A DNA stretch of 64,000 nt from Cenarchaeum sp. (GTDB lineage: Archaea; Thermoproteota; Nitrososphaeria; Nitrososphaerales; Nitrosopumilaceae): the NCBI GenBank assembly GCA_965206845.1, contig OZ242221.1, forward strand, positions 320,001 to 384,000. Direction: 5' to 3'. Shown in pieces: positions 30,082 through 39,910 of the stretch. The notes below the pieces were generated by a model, which worked only from the letters and a program-made list of their open reading frames with translations, did not search any database and had not been told where the DNA came from. How positions within the stretch are numbered: the first letter of the stretch is position 1; the number at the start of each line of letters is the position of its first letter. A program made the translations under genes and the position numbers.

Positions 30082-30576
30082 TTGGTGCAAATTTTAGTTC
30101 CGCTGCTCGGAGTTGTGGCGACAGTGTGCATCTGCGATCCAGGCAGGTAGCGACCAGGCGCAGGCGCACGCACGAGTGGGATGGCCGTTGCCGCGGACAC
30201 CATGCCTGCCAGAATAAGTAATATGAAGCGGATCCCGGCGTATGGTGGATGCCTACAGGTAAGAGAAAGGAGTGCCCCATGTGCGGACATGTGATGATCG
30301 ACATACGGGGCTGATCAGGTCACTTTTGGGTTAACCGGTAAGAGTTGGGCGAAAAAGGGTCGATTTTTAATTACGAACCATGTCTCTGCTCTCTTTTGGC
30401 GTATGATCCACCTAGCTTTTGACCCGTCTGGTTTTTTCATGACTCTGGCGCGGTGTATGCCGATATGCCTCCATCTCTTTGCGTACCGGGGCATATGCAG
30501 GTGTAGGTGGTTTCCGGACCTGAGCATATACTTCCAATATCGGACAATTCTTTATATATATCCGTATCTTCCTTTT

Positions 30577-30706
30577 AACTTTGTTTCCCAATCCAAACAT
30601 TTCGCACTTTTACGATTAATTTAGTCCGTAAACAGTGTCAAGTCACACGAGAACCGTGTTCTTTGTGGCAACTCAGGTGCGTTTATCGAAATTGGGAAAC
30701 AAAGTT
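30577..30706. mobile_element. 130-bp MITE (second family)
   Basis: Perfect 16-bp TIR AACTTTGTTTCCCAAT; 8-bp TSD TTCCTTTT at 30569-30576 and 30707-30714. Confidence 0.8.
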
Positions 30707-30775
30707 TTCCTTTTTAGTGTGTTGCATAATTCCCCCTGCTCGCTTAGAACATGCACGGGCCCTGCATATTTTGGA

Positions 30776-31960
30776 CTACACCGCACCTGCCCCCATGTCT
30801 ACCAGCTTGTTGTACGTGGCCACCTTGATCCTGACTTCCTGCACCATGTTCTTCCACTTTAGCGAGTACAGGTGCTCGCCGAACATCCGCTTGAATGCAG
30901 AGAACACGATCTCCACCAGCCATCTCTTGCCGTACTCGACCTTCTTTTTCCATTCCCCCCGGAAGCGCCTTTTCTCGTCGTCTGACATCTTCCACACGTG
31001 GCTGTCAGCAGATCCGCCAAGCTGCTTCCTGACTGCGATCCCCCATGCGTCGCCGGTCCCTTTCCCGCGCGCCGTCGAGTTTACCCTGAGCTTGATGCGC
31101 GAATTCACGTCGCGATCCCCGCATGCAGTCACGCTGCTTCTGGAAGCGTAAGCGGCATCTCCGTACAGGCAGCATCCTGCACCTGCCGGCCCGGCGGCGG
31201 AATCCTGAGATGTGATTCGTAATTAGCACGCAGGCACATTAGAGCACGATCTTTGGCATAATCATACGAAAGTTGCATGCTTTGGAGCGCACATCTGTAA
31301 GATTATGGGCATCGAAGACCCGATTCTTAATTGCGGATCATGTCTCTGCGCCTGACCTGTCCGTGCCGCAGCCTCCAAGGCCTCGTCAAGCAGCGGAATG
31401 AGCATCGGCGAGTCTCCGGTTCTGTCGTCGGTGACCTGGACTGCCAGTATCTTCTTCGTGTCCACGTCCACCATCACGTGGAGCTTGACGAATCCTCTCC
31501 GGACCTTCCATTTGTGCCTGATCCACTCTCCCCTGTTGTGCTGCTTTAGGCCAGTGGAGTCAACTGCGAGGCGGACCGGCACTGTCCCGCCGCCCGTGAC
31601 GGTAAACACGCTGCCATTCCTTTTGACCTCCAATGCCTGGAACCTTCTGTATATTGTGGTGTAACAAGGCGTGTCCCAGTCACCGAGCGTCTCAATCAGC
31701 ATTCCCTGCAGGTGCCTGTACGGCAGTCCTGTCATCGATTTTACCGCCGCCAGGGCCGCAAACAGTGACTCGGCGTACTGGAACGGCGCGCCCACCTTGT
31801 TCCTGTTAGCGGCCATCATCTCCTCGTGCCTTTGCGGATCGTCCCGGATGATCAACGCTTGGCCGCGCTTGACGTATTTCTCGTTGTCAGTCATCAGCAA
31901 TCTGTGTCTGATCCACTGATCCTTAGCTTTTTCGGTCTCGGACGGAGTGGGGATATTCAC
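30776..31960 (-). pseudogene. IS5 family transposase split by a MITE
   Basis: LAVDSTGLK, GEW, FVKLH, LYGDAAY, YGKRWLVEIVFS; frame is restored when the MITE is removed. Confidence 0.88.
31208..31345 (-). mobile_element. 138-bp MITE, copy 3
   Basis: Near-identical to copies 1 and 2, CTG on both sides. Confidence 0.9.
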
Positions 31961-32020
31961 GGTAATGTACTAGGAGGAATTATGCAACACACTAACATGT
32001 AAAATAGCTTTTTAAAGAAG

Positions 32021-32416
32021 ATGCCCAAATCTGCCCTATTGGCCAGGAGATACACCAAGGAACACGAATGGGTGGACACAATAGACGGCGGCATCATAGT
32101 GGGAATTACGGAATTTGCACAGGACCAGCTTGGCGATGTGGTCTCTGTCGAACTGCCCGAGGTCGGGGTCTCTTACAGGCAGAATGACGCCATGGCAATA
32201 ATAGACTCCGTAAAGACATCAACGGACGTATACAGTCCGGTGGATGGGCGGGTCACCCATGTCAACGAGAGCCTGCTGTCACAGCCTGAACTGATCAACA
32301 AGTCACCGCATCAGGACGGGTGGATTGTAAAGATGGTACCGGAGCATCGGGCCCAGTTGGACTCTATGCTCACCGAGGACCAGTACGACGAATTGGTTGG
32401 CAACGCTGAGAAATAA
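32021..32416 (+). CDS. gcvH: glycine cleavage system H protein
   Basis: YTKEHEW, GITEFAQDQLGDVV, DSVK (lipoyl-Lys), INKSP..DGW. Confidence 0.95.
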   Translation: MPKSALLARRYTKEHEWVDTIDGGIIVGITEFAQDQLGDVVSVELPEVGVSYRQNDAMAIIDSVKTSTDVYSPVDGRVTHVNESLLSQPELINKSPHQDGWIVKMVPEHRAQLDSMLTEDQYDELVGNAEK

Positions 32417-33673
32417 ATGAACTACATTCCACACACAGGGGAGCACATCTCGGAGATGCTCGCTGCAATAGGCTGCCGGACGGTCGACGAGCTTGTGCCA
32501 AGGCAGGTTCCCAGAGCGGCAAGACTCGACCTTGGAAAGTCCATGAGCGAGATGGAGATTGTATCGTACATCGAGTCGCTTGCCGCAAAGAACACACAGA
32601 CCAAGTGCTTCGCGGGTGGCGGCTCGTACGACCACTACATCCCCTCTGCCATAAGCCACATAGTTATGAGGGGGGAATTTCTCACCTCATACACCCCGTA
32701 CCAAGCAGAGGCAAGCCAGGGGGTGCTGCAGGCGCTATACGAATACCAATCATACATATGCCTGCTCACCGGAATGGATGTCTCCAACGCGTCACTTTAT
32801 GACGGAGCCTCGGCCCTGGCAGAGGCCGTGCTCTTGGCCCACTCGTACACAAAAAGAAGAGGCGTTTTCGTGGATGGGGGATTGAATCCCGCATACCTTC
32901 AGGTTCTCAGGACATACTGCGAGGGAACCGACATCTTCATTTCGGATGCCATAAACGACGATGTGGCATGCGTCATACAGCAGACGCCCGCCTTTGACGG
33001 TTCCATAAGGAATCCCACACACATGGCAGAGAAGGCCCACCGGAACGGATCGCTCTTCATAAGCTGCATATCGGATCCCACATCGCTGGCCATCATGCGT
33101 CCTCCCGGGGAGGCAGGGGCGGACATGGTGACGGGCGAGGGGCAGGCATTCGGAATACCCAAGAGCTTTGGGGGCCCGTATCTCGGATTCATGGCGGTCA
33201 GGAATAAGCTGACCAAGAAACTGCCCGGAAGGATAGTGGGCGCAACCCGGGACGGGTCTGGCAGGCGGGGATTTGTTCTTACGCTACAGGCAAGAGAGCA
33301 GTTCATCAGGCGGGAACGCGCCACCAGCAACATAACGACAAACCAGACGCTCTTGGCGCTGTCTGCGACCATATACCTGGCCCTGCTGGGAAGGACCGGC
33401 CTTCGGTCGGTTGCCCGTACCTCGTACCGTCGGGCGCACCGGCTACAGCAAATGCTGCACACAAGGGGGTTCCGCACCATAACGCCGGGCCCGTTCTACA
33501 ACGAGTTTCTTGTAGAGACGCCAAGGCCCGCGGCGGACATACTGGAACGCCTACAGCGGTACGGCATACTGGGAGGAATCGCAGTGGACGATTACAGGCT
33601 GCTTATATGCTGCACAGAAAAGAGCACCATGCCGGACATGGAGACGTATGCGAAGGAGGCCTCCTTGCAATGA
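32417..33673 (+). CDS. gcvPA: glycine dehydrogenase subunit 1
   Basis: FLTSYTPYQAEASQG, NASLYDG, FGGPYLG, LQAREQFIRRERATSNI. Confidence 0.95.
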   Translation: MNYIPHTGEHISEMLAAIGCRTVDELVPRQVPRAARLDLGKSMSEMEIVSYIESLAAKNTQTKCFAGGGSYDHYIPSAISHIVMRGEFLTSYTPYQAEASQGVLQALYEYQSYICLLTGMDVSNASLYDGASALAEAVLLAHSYTKRRGVFVDGGLNPAYLQVLRTYCEGTDIFISDAINDDVACVIQQTPAFDGSIRNPTHMAEKAHRNGSLFISCISDPTSLAIMRPPGEAGADMVTGEGQAFGIPKSFGGPYLGFMAVRNKLTKKLPGRIVGATRDGSGRRGFVLTLQAREQFIRRERATSNITTNQTLLALSATIYLALLGRTGLRSVARTSYRRAHRLQQMLHTRGFRTITPGPFYNEFLVETPRPAADILERLQRYGILGGIAVDDYRLLICCTEKSTMPDMETYAKEASLQ

Positions 33674-35115
33674 CCGCACGCGGCAGGACTGCGCCCACGA
33701 AGCTTATCTTTGATTACGGCCAAGCAAGCACCGGACACGTCCACACGGATGAAGACGGCATAAAAGACCGGTTTCCGGAACGGGAATGCCTGCCCCTGCC
33801 GGATGTGAGCGAGCTGCAGGTGATCCGCCACTATACGGAGCTCTCCAGAAAAAACTACGGAATAGACACCGGCATATATCCGCTGGGCTCGTGCACCATG
33901 AAGTACAACCCGCGCGTAAACGAGGATATGGCCAGGCTCCCCGGATTCGCAGGCATGCACCCCCGCGCCCCGCCGTCCCACGCGCAGGGCGCGCTGGAGG
34001 TCATGTGGGAACTGCAGGAGGCCCTCAAGGAGATCACCGGCATGGACGCGTTCAGCCTCCAGCCTGCCGCCGGCTCCCAGGGGGAGCTGCTGGGGGTCAT
34101 GATCGCCAAGAGATACTTTGCGGACATGGGCGAGAGGCGCACCCGAATAATAATTCCGGACTCGGCGCACGGAACGAATCCCGCTACTGCCGCCACATGC
34201 CGGTTCCAGACCGTAACGGTACGCAGTGACGAGCGCGGAAACATGGACTTGGACGGGTTCCGGCAGGCCATAGGGGACGACGTGGCCGTGGTGATGATCA
34301 CAAACCCCAACACGCTGGGGTTCTACGAGGAGCACCTTCAGGAGATAACGGATCTGTCAAGGAAGCACGGAACACTGCTGTACTGCGACGGGGCAAACAT
34401 GAACGCGATGCTGGGAATCAGCAAGCCCGCGGAGCAGGGGTTTGACATGATGCACCTGAACCTGCACAAGACGTTCTCCACCCCGCACGGCGGCGGCGGG
34501 CCCGGCGGGGGCGCCCTGGGAGTCAGATCATTCCTTGAGGAGTACCTGCCGGTGCCAAGGGTTGTGAGGCATGACAGCGGCCCCACGTTTGATCTAGACC
34601 ACAACCACGAAAAGAGCGTCGGCAGGATCCACTCGTTTTATGGAAATTTTGGAGTCATGCTCAGGGCCCTGGCGTATATCAAATCGTGGGGATCCGACAT
34701 TGTGAATGTCTCGGAGGCGGCCCTACTCAATGCAAACTACCTTCTGGGCCTCATAAGGGGGAGCTTTGACGTGCCGTATGACCGGCGGTGCGCCCACGAG
34801 TTTGTGGTGTCTGCAAGAAGGTTTGGCGAGAAGAGCGCCCTGAACATGGCAAAAAGGATGATCGACTATGGATTCCACCCGCCCACCGTATACTTTCCGC
34901 TCATAGTAAAGGAGGCCCTAATGATAGAGCCCACCGAGACGGAGAGCAAGGAGACGTTGGACCGGCTTGCCGGCGCGTTTTTAGCGATAGCGAGCGAGAT
35001 GGACCAGAATCCGGACATGCTCGACGGCGCGCCCCACACCACGGCCACCGGAAGGCTGGACGAGGTGATGGCCGCGCGGCGCCTTGACCTGCGCTGGAAG
35101 CCCCCGGAGGGATGA
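33670..35115 (+). CDS. gcvPB: glycine dehydrogenase subunit 2
   Basis: YPLGSCTMKYNP, SAHGTNPA, HLNLHKTFSTPHGGGGPG (PLP Lys), EPTETE; ATGA overlap with gcvPA. Confidence 0.95.
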   Translation: MTARGRTAPTKLIFDYGQASTGHVHTDEDGIKDRFPERECLPLPDVSELQVIRHYTELSRKNYGIDTGIYPLGSCTMKYNPRVNEDMARLPGFAGMHPRAPPSHAQGALEVMWELQEALKEITGMDAFSLQPAAGSQGELLGVMIAKRYFADMGERRTRIIIPDSAHGTNPATAATCRFQTVTVRSDERGNMDLDGFRQAIGDDVAVVMITNPNTLGFYEEHLQEITDLSRKHGTLLYCDGANMNAMLGISKPAEQGFDMMHLNLHKTFSTPHGGGGPGGGALGVRSFLEEYLPVPRVVRHDSGPTFDLDHNHEKSVGRIHSFYGNFGVMLRALAYIKSWGSDIVNVSEAALLNANYLLGLIRGSFDVPYDRRCAHEFVVSARRFGEKSALNMAKRMIDYGFHPPTVYFPLIVKEALMIEPTETESKETLDRLAGAFLAIASEMDQNPDMLDGAPHTTATGRLDEVMAARRLDLRWKPPEG

Positions 35116-35118
35116 CGC

Positions 35119-35424
35119 ATGGACCATGACCGGGACAGCACGGTTGTAACCGAACATACGGCAAAGCTGGAGAAGATGGTGAGAATAAGGCTGGACTATT
35201 CCCGCCAATCCCGCACGATAAGGTCCATAAGGATAACCGGGGACTTTTTCATGCATCCGGAGGACGCGATAGAGGGCCTGGAGATGGGGCTGCGGGGGGC
35301 AGAGCTGAAAAGGGACACCCTGAGGCAGAGAATCTCCTCGGCCCTTGCCGGTACCCGGTGCTTTGGGTTTGACGAGGAATCGCTGGCGGGGGCAATATTG
35401 GATGCGGGAGGCGGTGCGCCATAA
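35119..35424 (+). CDS. lipoate-protein ligase C-terminal subunit (LplB-like)
   Basis: IRITGDFFMHPEDAIEGLE. Confidence 0.8.
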   Translation: MDHDRDSTVVTEHTAKLEKMVRIRLDYSRQSRTIRSIRITGDFFMHPEDAIEGLEMGLRGAELKRDTLRQRISSALAGTRCFGFDEESLAGAILDAGGGAP

Positions 35425-36155
35425 GGTTTGAGCGCATCAAGATACTGGAGACCGGCTTTGGCACAGGCCCGTGGAATATGGCCGTCGATGAGTGCCTCCT
35501 TTACAGGTATGGCGCCTCCGGGGACACCGTTTTACGGATATACGGTTGGTCCCGGCCATGCATAACGATAGGCTACTTTCAGGGAGCGCGCGAGGAGGTT
35601 AATCTGGAACGGTGCGAGCACAGCCGGGTGGATGTTGTAAGGAGAATCACCGGCGGGGGAGCGGTGTTTCACGATATGGAGGTTACATACTCGCTGGTCA
35701 CCGGGAGGTTTCCTTCAGACATAATGGCATCATACCGGGGCATATGCGACATGGTAATATCGGGGCTGGGCCGCATGGGTTTGGACGCATCGTTCTCCCC
35801 GCTCAACGATGTCACCGTAAAGGGGAGGAAGGTCTGCGGCAATGCCCAGACAAGAAAGGGTAGCGCGCTGCTGCAGCACGGCACCATACTGCTGGATGTG
35901 GATGTGGAAAAGATGTTCTCGCTGCTCAACGTGCCCACCGCAAAGATACGGGACAAGGCCATTGCGGGTGTGAAGGAGAGGGTGGCGGGCATAGGCCGTA
36001 CATTCGGACAGACCACCGAGGCGCTAAAGAGGGGCGCGCAGGACGCGTTTGGCTGTGAGCTGGACACCATGTCGCTGTCCCGGGAGGACACCACAGAATG
36101 CAGGAGGATAATGGCTGCAAGATACTCCCAAGAGTCGTGGACGCACAGGAGATAG
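35421..36155 (+). CDS. lplA: lipoate-protein ligase A catalytic subunit
   Basis: NMAVDE, IGYFQ, RRITGGGAVFHD, KVCGNAQ, LQHGT; frame is open back to ATA at 35421. Confidence 0.9.
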   Translation: MRFERIKILETGFGTGPWNMAVDECLLYRYGASGDTVLRIYGWSRPCITIGYFQGAREEVNLERCEHSRVDVVRRITGGGAVFHDMEVTYSLVTGRFPSDIMASYRGICDMVISGLGRMGLDASFSPLNDVTVKGRKVCGNAQTRKGSALLQHGTILLDVDVEKMFSLLNVPTAKIRDKAIAGVKERVAGIGRTFGQTTEALKRGAQDAFGCELDTMSLSREDTTECRRIMAARYSQESWTHRR

Positions 36156-36601
36156 TGCACGGCGGCAGGGGCTGCCCTGCCCGGCAATGCCGGAAACCGC
36201 ACCTGCGGGCGCGCCCGCCACACGGGGGCCCGACCGCCATGCGCACCATGGCTGCGTCCCGCAGGCACGACACTGGCTGCAAGGAATGCAAAAACCAGCG
36301 GCTGGCAGAAAGAGGCAGATCCTCGCCCAACCCCATGCAAGGCGGTGCCGACAAATCGTGTAGATGCGCACCCGCACAGCGTCGGGGCGCCCGCGCCCCA
36401 AGAGATGCAGCAAAACGAGCCCCCCCCCCCGGCAGGTCGGGGGAAGGGCCACGGGCGGCCACAATGAGAAAACCCTGTGCCACAGAAATCCGATCCCAAC
36501 ACGAGAATCTGCGTACCGGAAGGGCGGTTGGCGTTCCGGGTGCCTTTGGCGGGCGCCGTCGCCCTCGCAATATTTATTGCATATTGTATTGACCCCCTTC
36601 C

Positions 36602-37921
36602 ATGTATGACGCCATAGTTGTGGGGGCCGGGCCCGGGGGCTACGCGTGCGCCATGAGCCTGGCCAAAGGCGGCGCCAGGGTGTGCATAATAGAGCGGAAC
36701 GGCCTTGGCGGCACCTGCACCCAGAGAGGATGCATCCCTACAAAGTATCTTCATGCGATGGGCGACTTGGCCCGGAGGACGAGGGCCGCAAAGAGGCACG
36801 GCATAGGGGACGGCACCATAAGCGTCAATTATGACATGCTGAGCGCCGGCATGAGGGGCACAATATCCAGGATTGCCTCGGGGATGCGGCTCCAGCTCCG
36901 ACAGCACAACGTGGACACAATATCCGGGGAGGCCAGCGTGATATCGCCCGACATTGTAGAGGTTGGCGGGGCGCGATACGAGACCCGCAATGTGGTGCTG
37001 GCGACAGGGAGCGGGCCCAAGACCGTCGATTTGGCAGGATATGACACGCTTACCACCGACTCCGTGTTTGAGATGCAGAGTCTCCCCGAATCCATACTGG
37101 TCATAGGAGGAGGGTATAGCGGATGCGAGTTTGCGTCCATACTGAATGCCTTGGGCTGCAGGGTGTGGCTGGCCGAAGCGCAAGGATCCCTCCTGCCTGG
37201 GCAGCCAAAGGTGGTGGGGGATACAATAGAAAAGTACATGAAGCTGGACGGCATATCGGTATTCACCGGCTCCACGGCAAACGCACACGACGGCCATATT
37301 GCGGTGGGGAATGACGAGATAGACCCCGAGGCCATACTGGCCTGTGTGGGAAGATACCCGGTTCTGGACGCAGACCGGCTCGATATGCTGGGCGTCAAAT
37401 ATACCTACAGGGGGATAGCCGTGGATGCAAGAATGCAGACCAGCGCAGACAGGATATATGCGGTAGGCGACGTTACTGGGGTATACGAGCTGGCGCATGT
37501 GGCCACGCGTCAGGGGGAAGTCGCGGCGCAGAACATGCTGGGCCGACACACCCAGATAGACTACACCACAGTACCCTACTGCGTGTTCACGTACCCAGAG
37601 GTGGCCATGGTGGGAAGGCTGGAGGGCCAGGCGGCCACGGTGCAGATGGCCGCCAGTGCAAAGGCAAACTGCCTGGGGCAGACCCGGGGGTTTGTCAGGG
37701 TGTATGCCAGAAACGGTACACTGCGGGGGGCGCTGATAGTGAGCGCGCACGCCAGCGAGATCATAGGCGAGGCGGCGCTGGCCATAAGGATGGGCCTCAG
37801 ACCCCAAGACGTGGTCGACACCATACACGCGCACCCCACCCTGCCGGAGGCCCTTGCCGACGCGGCGGCCACCGCAGCACGCATGCAGGAGGACGCAGAG
37901 TCGTGTCCGGGGCCAGAATAG
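36602..37921 (+). CDS. lpdA: dihydrolipoamide dehydrogenase (GCS L protein)
   Basis: GAGPGG, GGTCTQRGCIPTK redox disulfide, YAVGD, HAHPTLPE. Confidence 0.92.
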   Translation: MYDAIVVGAGPGGYACAMSLAKGGARVCIIERNGLGGTCTQRGCIPTKYLHAMGDLARRTRAAKRHGIGDGTISVNYDMLSAGMRGTISRIASGMRLQLRQHNVDTISGEASVISPDIVEVGGARYETRNVVLATGSGPKTVDLAGYDTLTTDSVFEMQSLPESILVIGGGYSGCEFASILNALGCRVWLAEAQGSLLPGQPKVVGDTIEKYMKLDGISVFTGSTANAHDGHIAVGNDEIDPEAILACVGRYPVLDADRLDMLGVKYTYRGIAVDARMQTSADRIYAVGDVTGVYELAHVATRQGEVAAQNMLGRHTQIDYTTVPYCVFTYPEVAMVGRLEGQAATVQMAASAKANCLGQTRGFVRVYARNGTLRGALIVSAHASEIIGEAALAIRMGLRPQDVVDTIHAHPTLPEALADAAATAARMQEDAESCPGPE

Positions 37922-38829
37922 GGATAGAGCTGGGCATACGGGCCCCCGCAAAGGCCGTGCGGAGGGCGGCCGGACTGGCAGGATCTTATGCGGGATACTT
38001 TCTGGTTCCCGAGACCCACCCGCACATAATGGGGGTCGATGCGCTGGACATGATACTGGAGGTATCGGCAGGGCTCCCAAGCCGCGCATGCGTGGGCACC
38101 GGCGTAATCAGCGTGTTTTCCCGCACCAGTGCGGACATGCTAGATCAGGCGCTCCGCATCCACTGCACCATGGGAGAGCGGTTCATCTTGGGGATCGGCA
38201 CAAGCGCGCCGGTTGTCGTAGAGGGCATGTGGAAGATGGAGTTTCGCAGGCCCGTATCCCGTCTTGTGTCATATACCAGGAGCCTCCGGGAACATGGGTA
38301 TACGGGGCCCATATACTGGGCCGCGGTGGGCGAGAGGACGCTGCGGCTCGCCATGCAGAACGCCGACGGCGTCATCTTCTTTCTCAAGCCGCGCTCACAC
38401 ATGCCAGGGCACGTCAGGGCAATCCGGGAGGGGGCGCCGCCGGAATTTGGCATAATGTCCATCATTCCCGTATCCATGAGTCGCGGCCCGGCGCATGACG
38501 CCCATATGGATGTAAAAACGACCGTTGCCGGATATCTGGGCGCAAACGGCTTTTATGGCGAGCCCCTGGCCGCGGCGGGGTTTGACGTTGCCAGCATACG
38601 GGACGCATACGTCAGAGAAGGGGTGCGGGGCGGGGCACGCATGGTGGGCGACCGCATGTTGGACGAAGTGCAGGCGGTATGGGGCACCCCCGAGTCCTGC
38701 GCCCGTGCGATACGCGGCATGGCCCAAAAGTCGGAGGCCGACGTGCTGGTTCTGGGCTTTGATCTTCCGCCTGACAGGTATGACGACGCATTCTTTGAGG
38801 GCCTGGACACGTTGCTGCGGGGGCTGTAG
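37903..38829 (+). CDS. LLM-class (luciferase-like) flavin/F420-dependent oxidoreductase
   Basis: VPETH, VGTGVISVFSR, GERFILGIGTS, PIYWAAVG, ADGV, GTPE. Confidence 0.82.
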   Translation: MSGARIGIELGIRAPAKAVRRAAGLAGSYAGYFLVPETHPHIMGVDALDMILEVSAGLPSRACVGTGVISVFSRTSADMLDQALRIHCTMGERFILGIGTSAPVVVEGMWKMEFRRPVSRLVSYTRSLREHGYTGPIYWAAVGERTLRLAMQNADGVIFFLKPRSHMPGHVRAIREGAPPEFGIMSIIPVSMSRGPAHDAHMDVKTTVAGYLGANGFYGEPLAAAGFDVASIRDAYVREGVRGGARMVGDRMLDEVQAVWGTPESCARAIRGMAQKSEADVLVLGFDLPPDRYDDAFFEGLDTLLRGL

Positions 38830-38833
38830 GCGG

Positions 38834-39910
38834 ATGGTGTGGCTCTCGGGCATTTCGGTGGTCAAGGCGCCGTTCCGCTATTCCATATCGGAGATTGTGG
38901 ACGACATGCTGCGGGACAAAATGGACAGGGAGGCAAGGGAGTATGCCAAGAGCCGGCTGGGCATTGATTACGTTTACAAGTCATACGATCTGTCAAGGGT
39001 GGACTTTGGGAGCGACCAGTATCTGGAGCCCCACATCGCGATGGACGGGCTGTACCGGCAGACCGCCAGCGCATCCCTGGGCGGAATGGACCGGTCCGGC
39101 ATAGGAATGCTGATTACCGTCAACGACAATCCCCAATACCTGGATCCGGCACCCGCCGCGAGTTTGGTGCCGCAGCTCTCTCTGCGCCACGACATAAGGG
39201 CGCAGAACCTGCAGGGGCTTGCGTGCTCGGCGCTTCCGGAGTCCCTTCTGAACTCGGCGGGGCACTTTGCCATGGGCGGCAGGGGGGACGTGCTACTAGT
39301 CATGGGGTCCGGCTATACGGAGTGGTTTCTGGACAGGATAAAGCAGATCAAGCACGTCACAAGAAAGAGCCGGGGCGACTTTTACAGTATGATATACTTT
39401 CTCATATTCAGCGATGCCGCCGCGTCGGCCATAATATCGTCAGAACCGGACGGGGCGCAGGTGCGCATAGACCCGCACAACGTGGTCGTGTCAAGGAGCG
39501 CAAGGCCCGCCCCGGCGGCCACACTGAAGATGTCGCCGGACAGCAGATGCAGGGTGATATTTGACATGAGCCTAGACCCCCGGGGCCTGCGGGACGACAT
39601 TGTGCGTTTGGCCGCCAGGAGCCTCATGCGGCTGCAGAGGGCCATCCCAGAGGAGATAGAGATATTCGGCATACACACAGCGGGAAAAAAATTTGTGGAC
39701 TCGGTGGCCGAAGGGTGCAATCTGGACCCCTCAAAGATACGCATGAGCTATGACATGATGAGCAGCACGGGCAACATGGGCGCCCTCAGCTCCATACAGT
39801 TTGTAGACGAATGCATCAGGCGGGATGCAATATCCAAGGGCGGCATGGGCTGCTTCATAGACTACGGTTGGGAGGGCGCGGGCGCCTTTGCCTTTGAGAG
39901 GACATCATAA
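38834..39910 (+). CDS. FabH/type III PKS-like condensing enzyme (thiolase fold)
   Basis: Cys-His-Asn triad motifs: QGLACSAL, FSDAAAS, IHTAG, TGNMGALS. Confidence 0.75.
   Translation: MVWLSGISVVKAPFRYSISEIVDDMLRDKMDREAREYAKSRLGIDYVYKSYDLSRVDFGSDQYLEPHIAMDGLYRQTASASLGGMDRSGIGMLITVNDNPQYLDPAPAASLVPQLSLRHDIRAQNLQGLACSALPESLLNSAGHFAMGGRGDVLLVMGSGYTEWFLDRIKQIKHVTRKSRGDFYSMIYFLIFSDAAASAIISSEPDGAQVRIDPHNVVVSRSARPAPAATLKMSPDSRCRVIFDMSLDPRGLRDDIVRLAARSLMRLQRAIPEEIEIFGIHTAGKKFVDSVAEGCNLDPSKIRMSYDMMSSTGNMGALSSIQFVDECIRRDAISKGGMGCFIDYGWEGAGAFAFERTS

Larger units (their letters stand above)
30714..31995 (-). mobile_element. IS5-family element interrupted by a MITE
   Basis: 20-bp perfect inverted repeat TTAGTGTGTTGCATAATTCC at both ends; no long TSD seen. 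Confidence 0.85.

Noticed and set aside
30250-30315. 21-codon CPxCG peptide MPTGKRKECPMCGHVMIDIRG
   Set aside because: Only one Cys pair and surrounded by IS debris; probably a truncated remnant.
36156-36600. GC-rich gap inside the gcv cluster (possible glycine riboswitch or MITE)
   Set aside because: No GGAGA/GAAGG/CTCTCAGG riboswitch core, and no TIR or TSD found.
35669-38089. 806-aa minus-strand ORF and other long antisense ORFs (for example 4853-6346, 59471-60598)
   Set aside because: Shadow frames of well-supported genes in GC-rich DNA, with no motifs.
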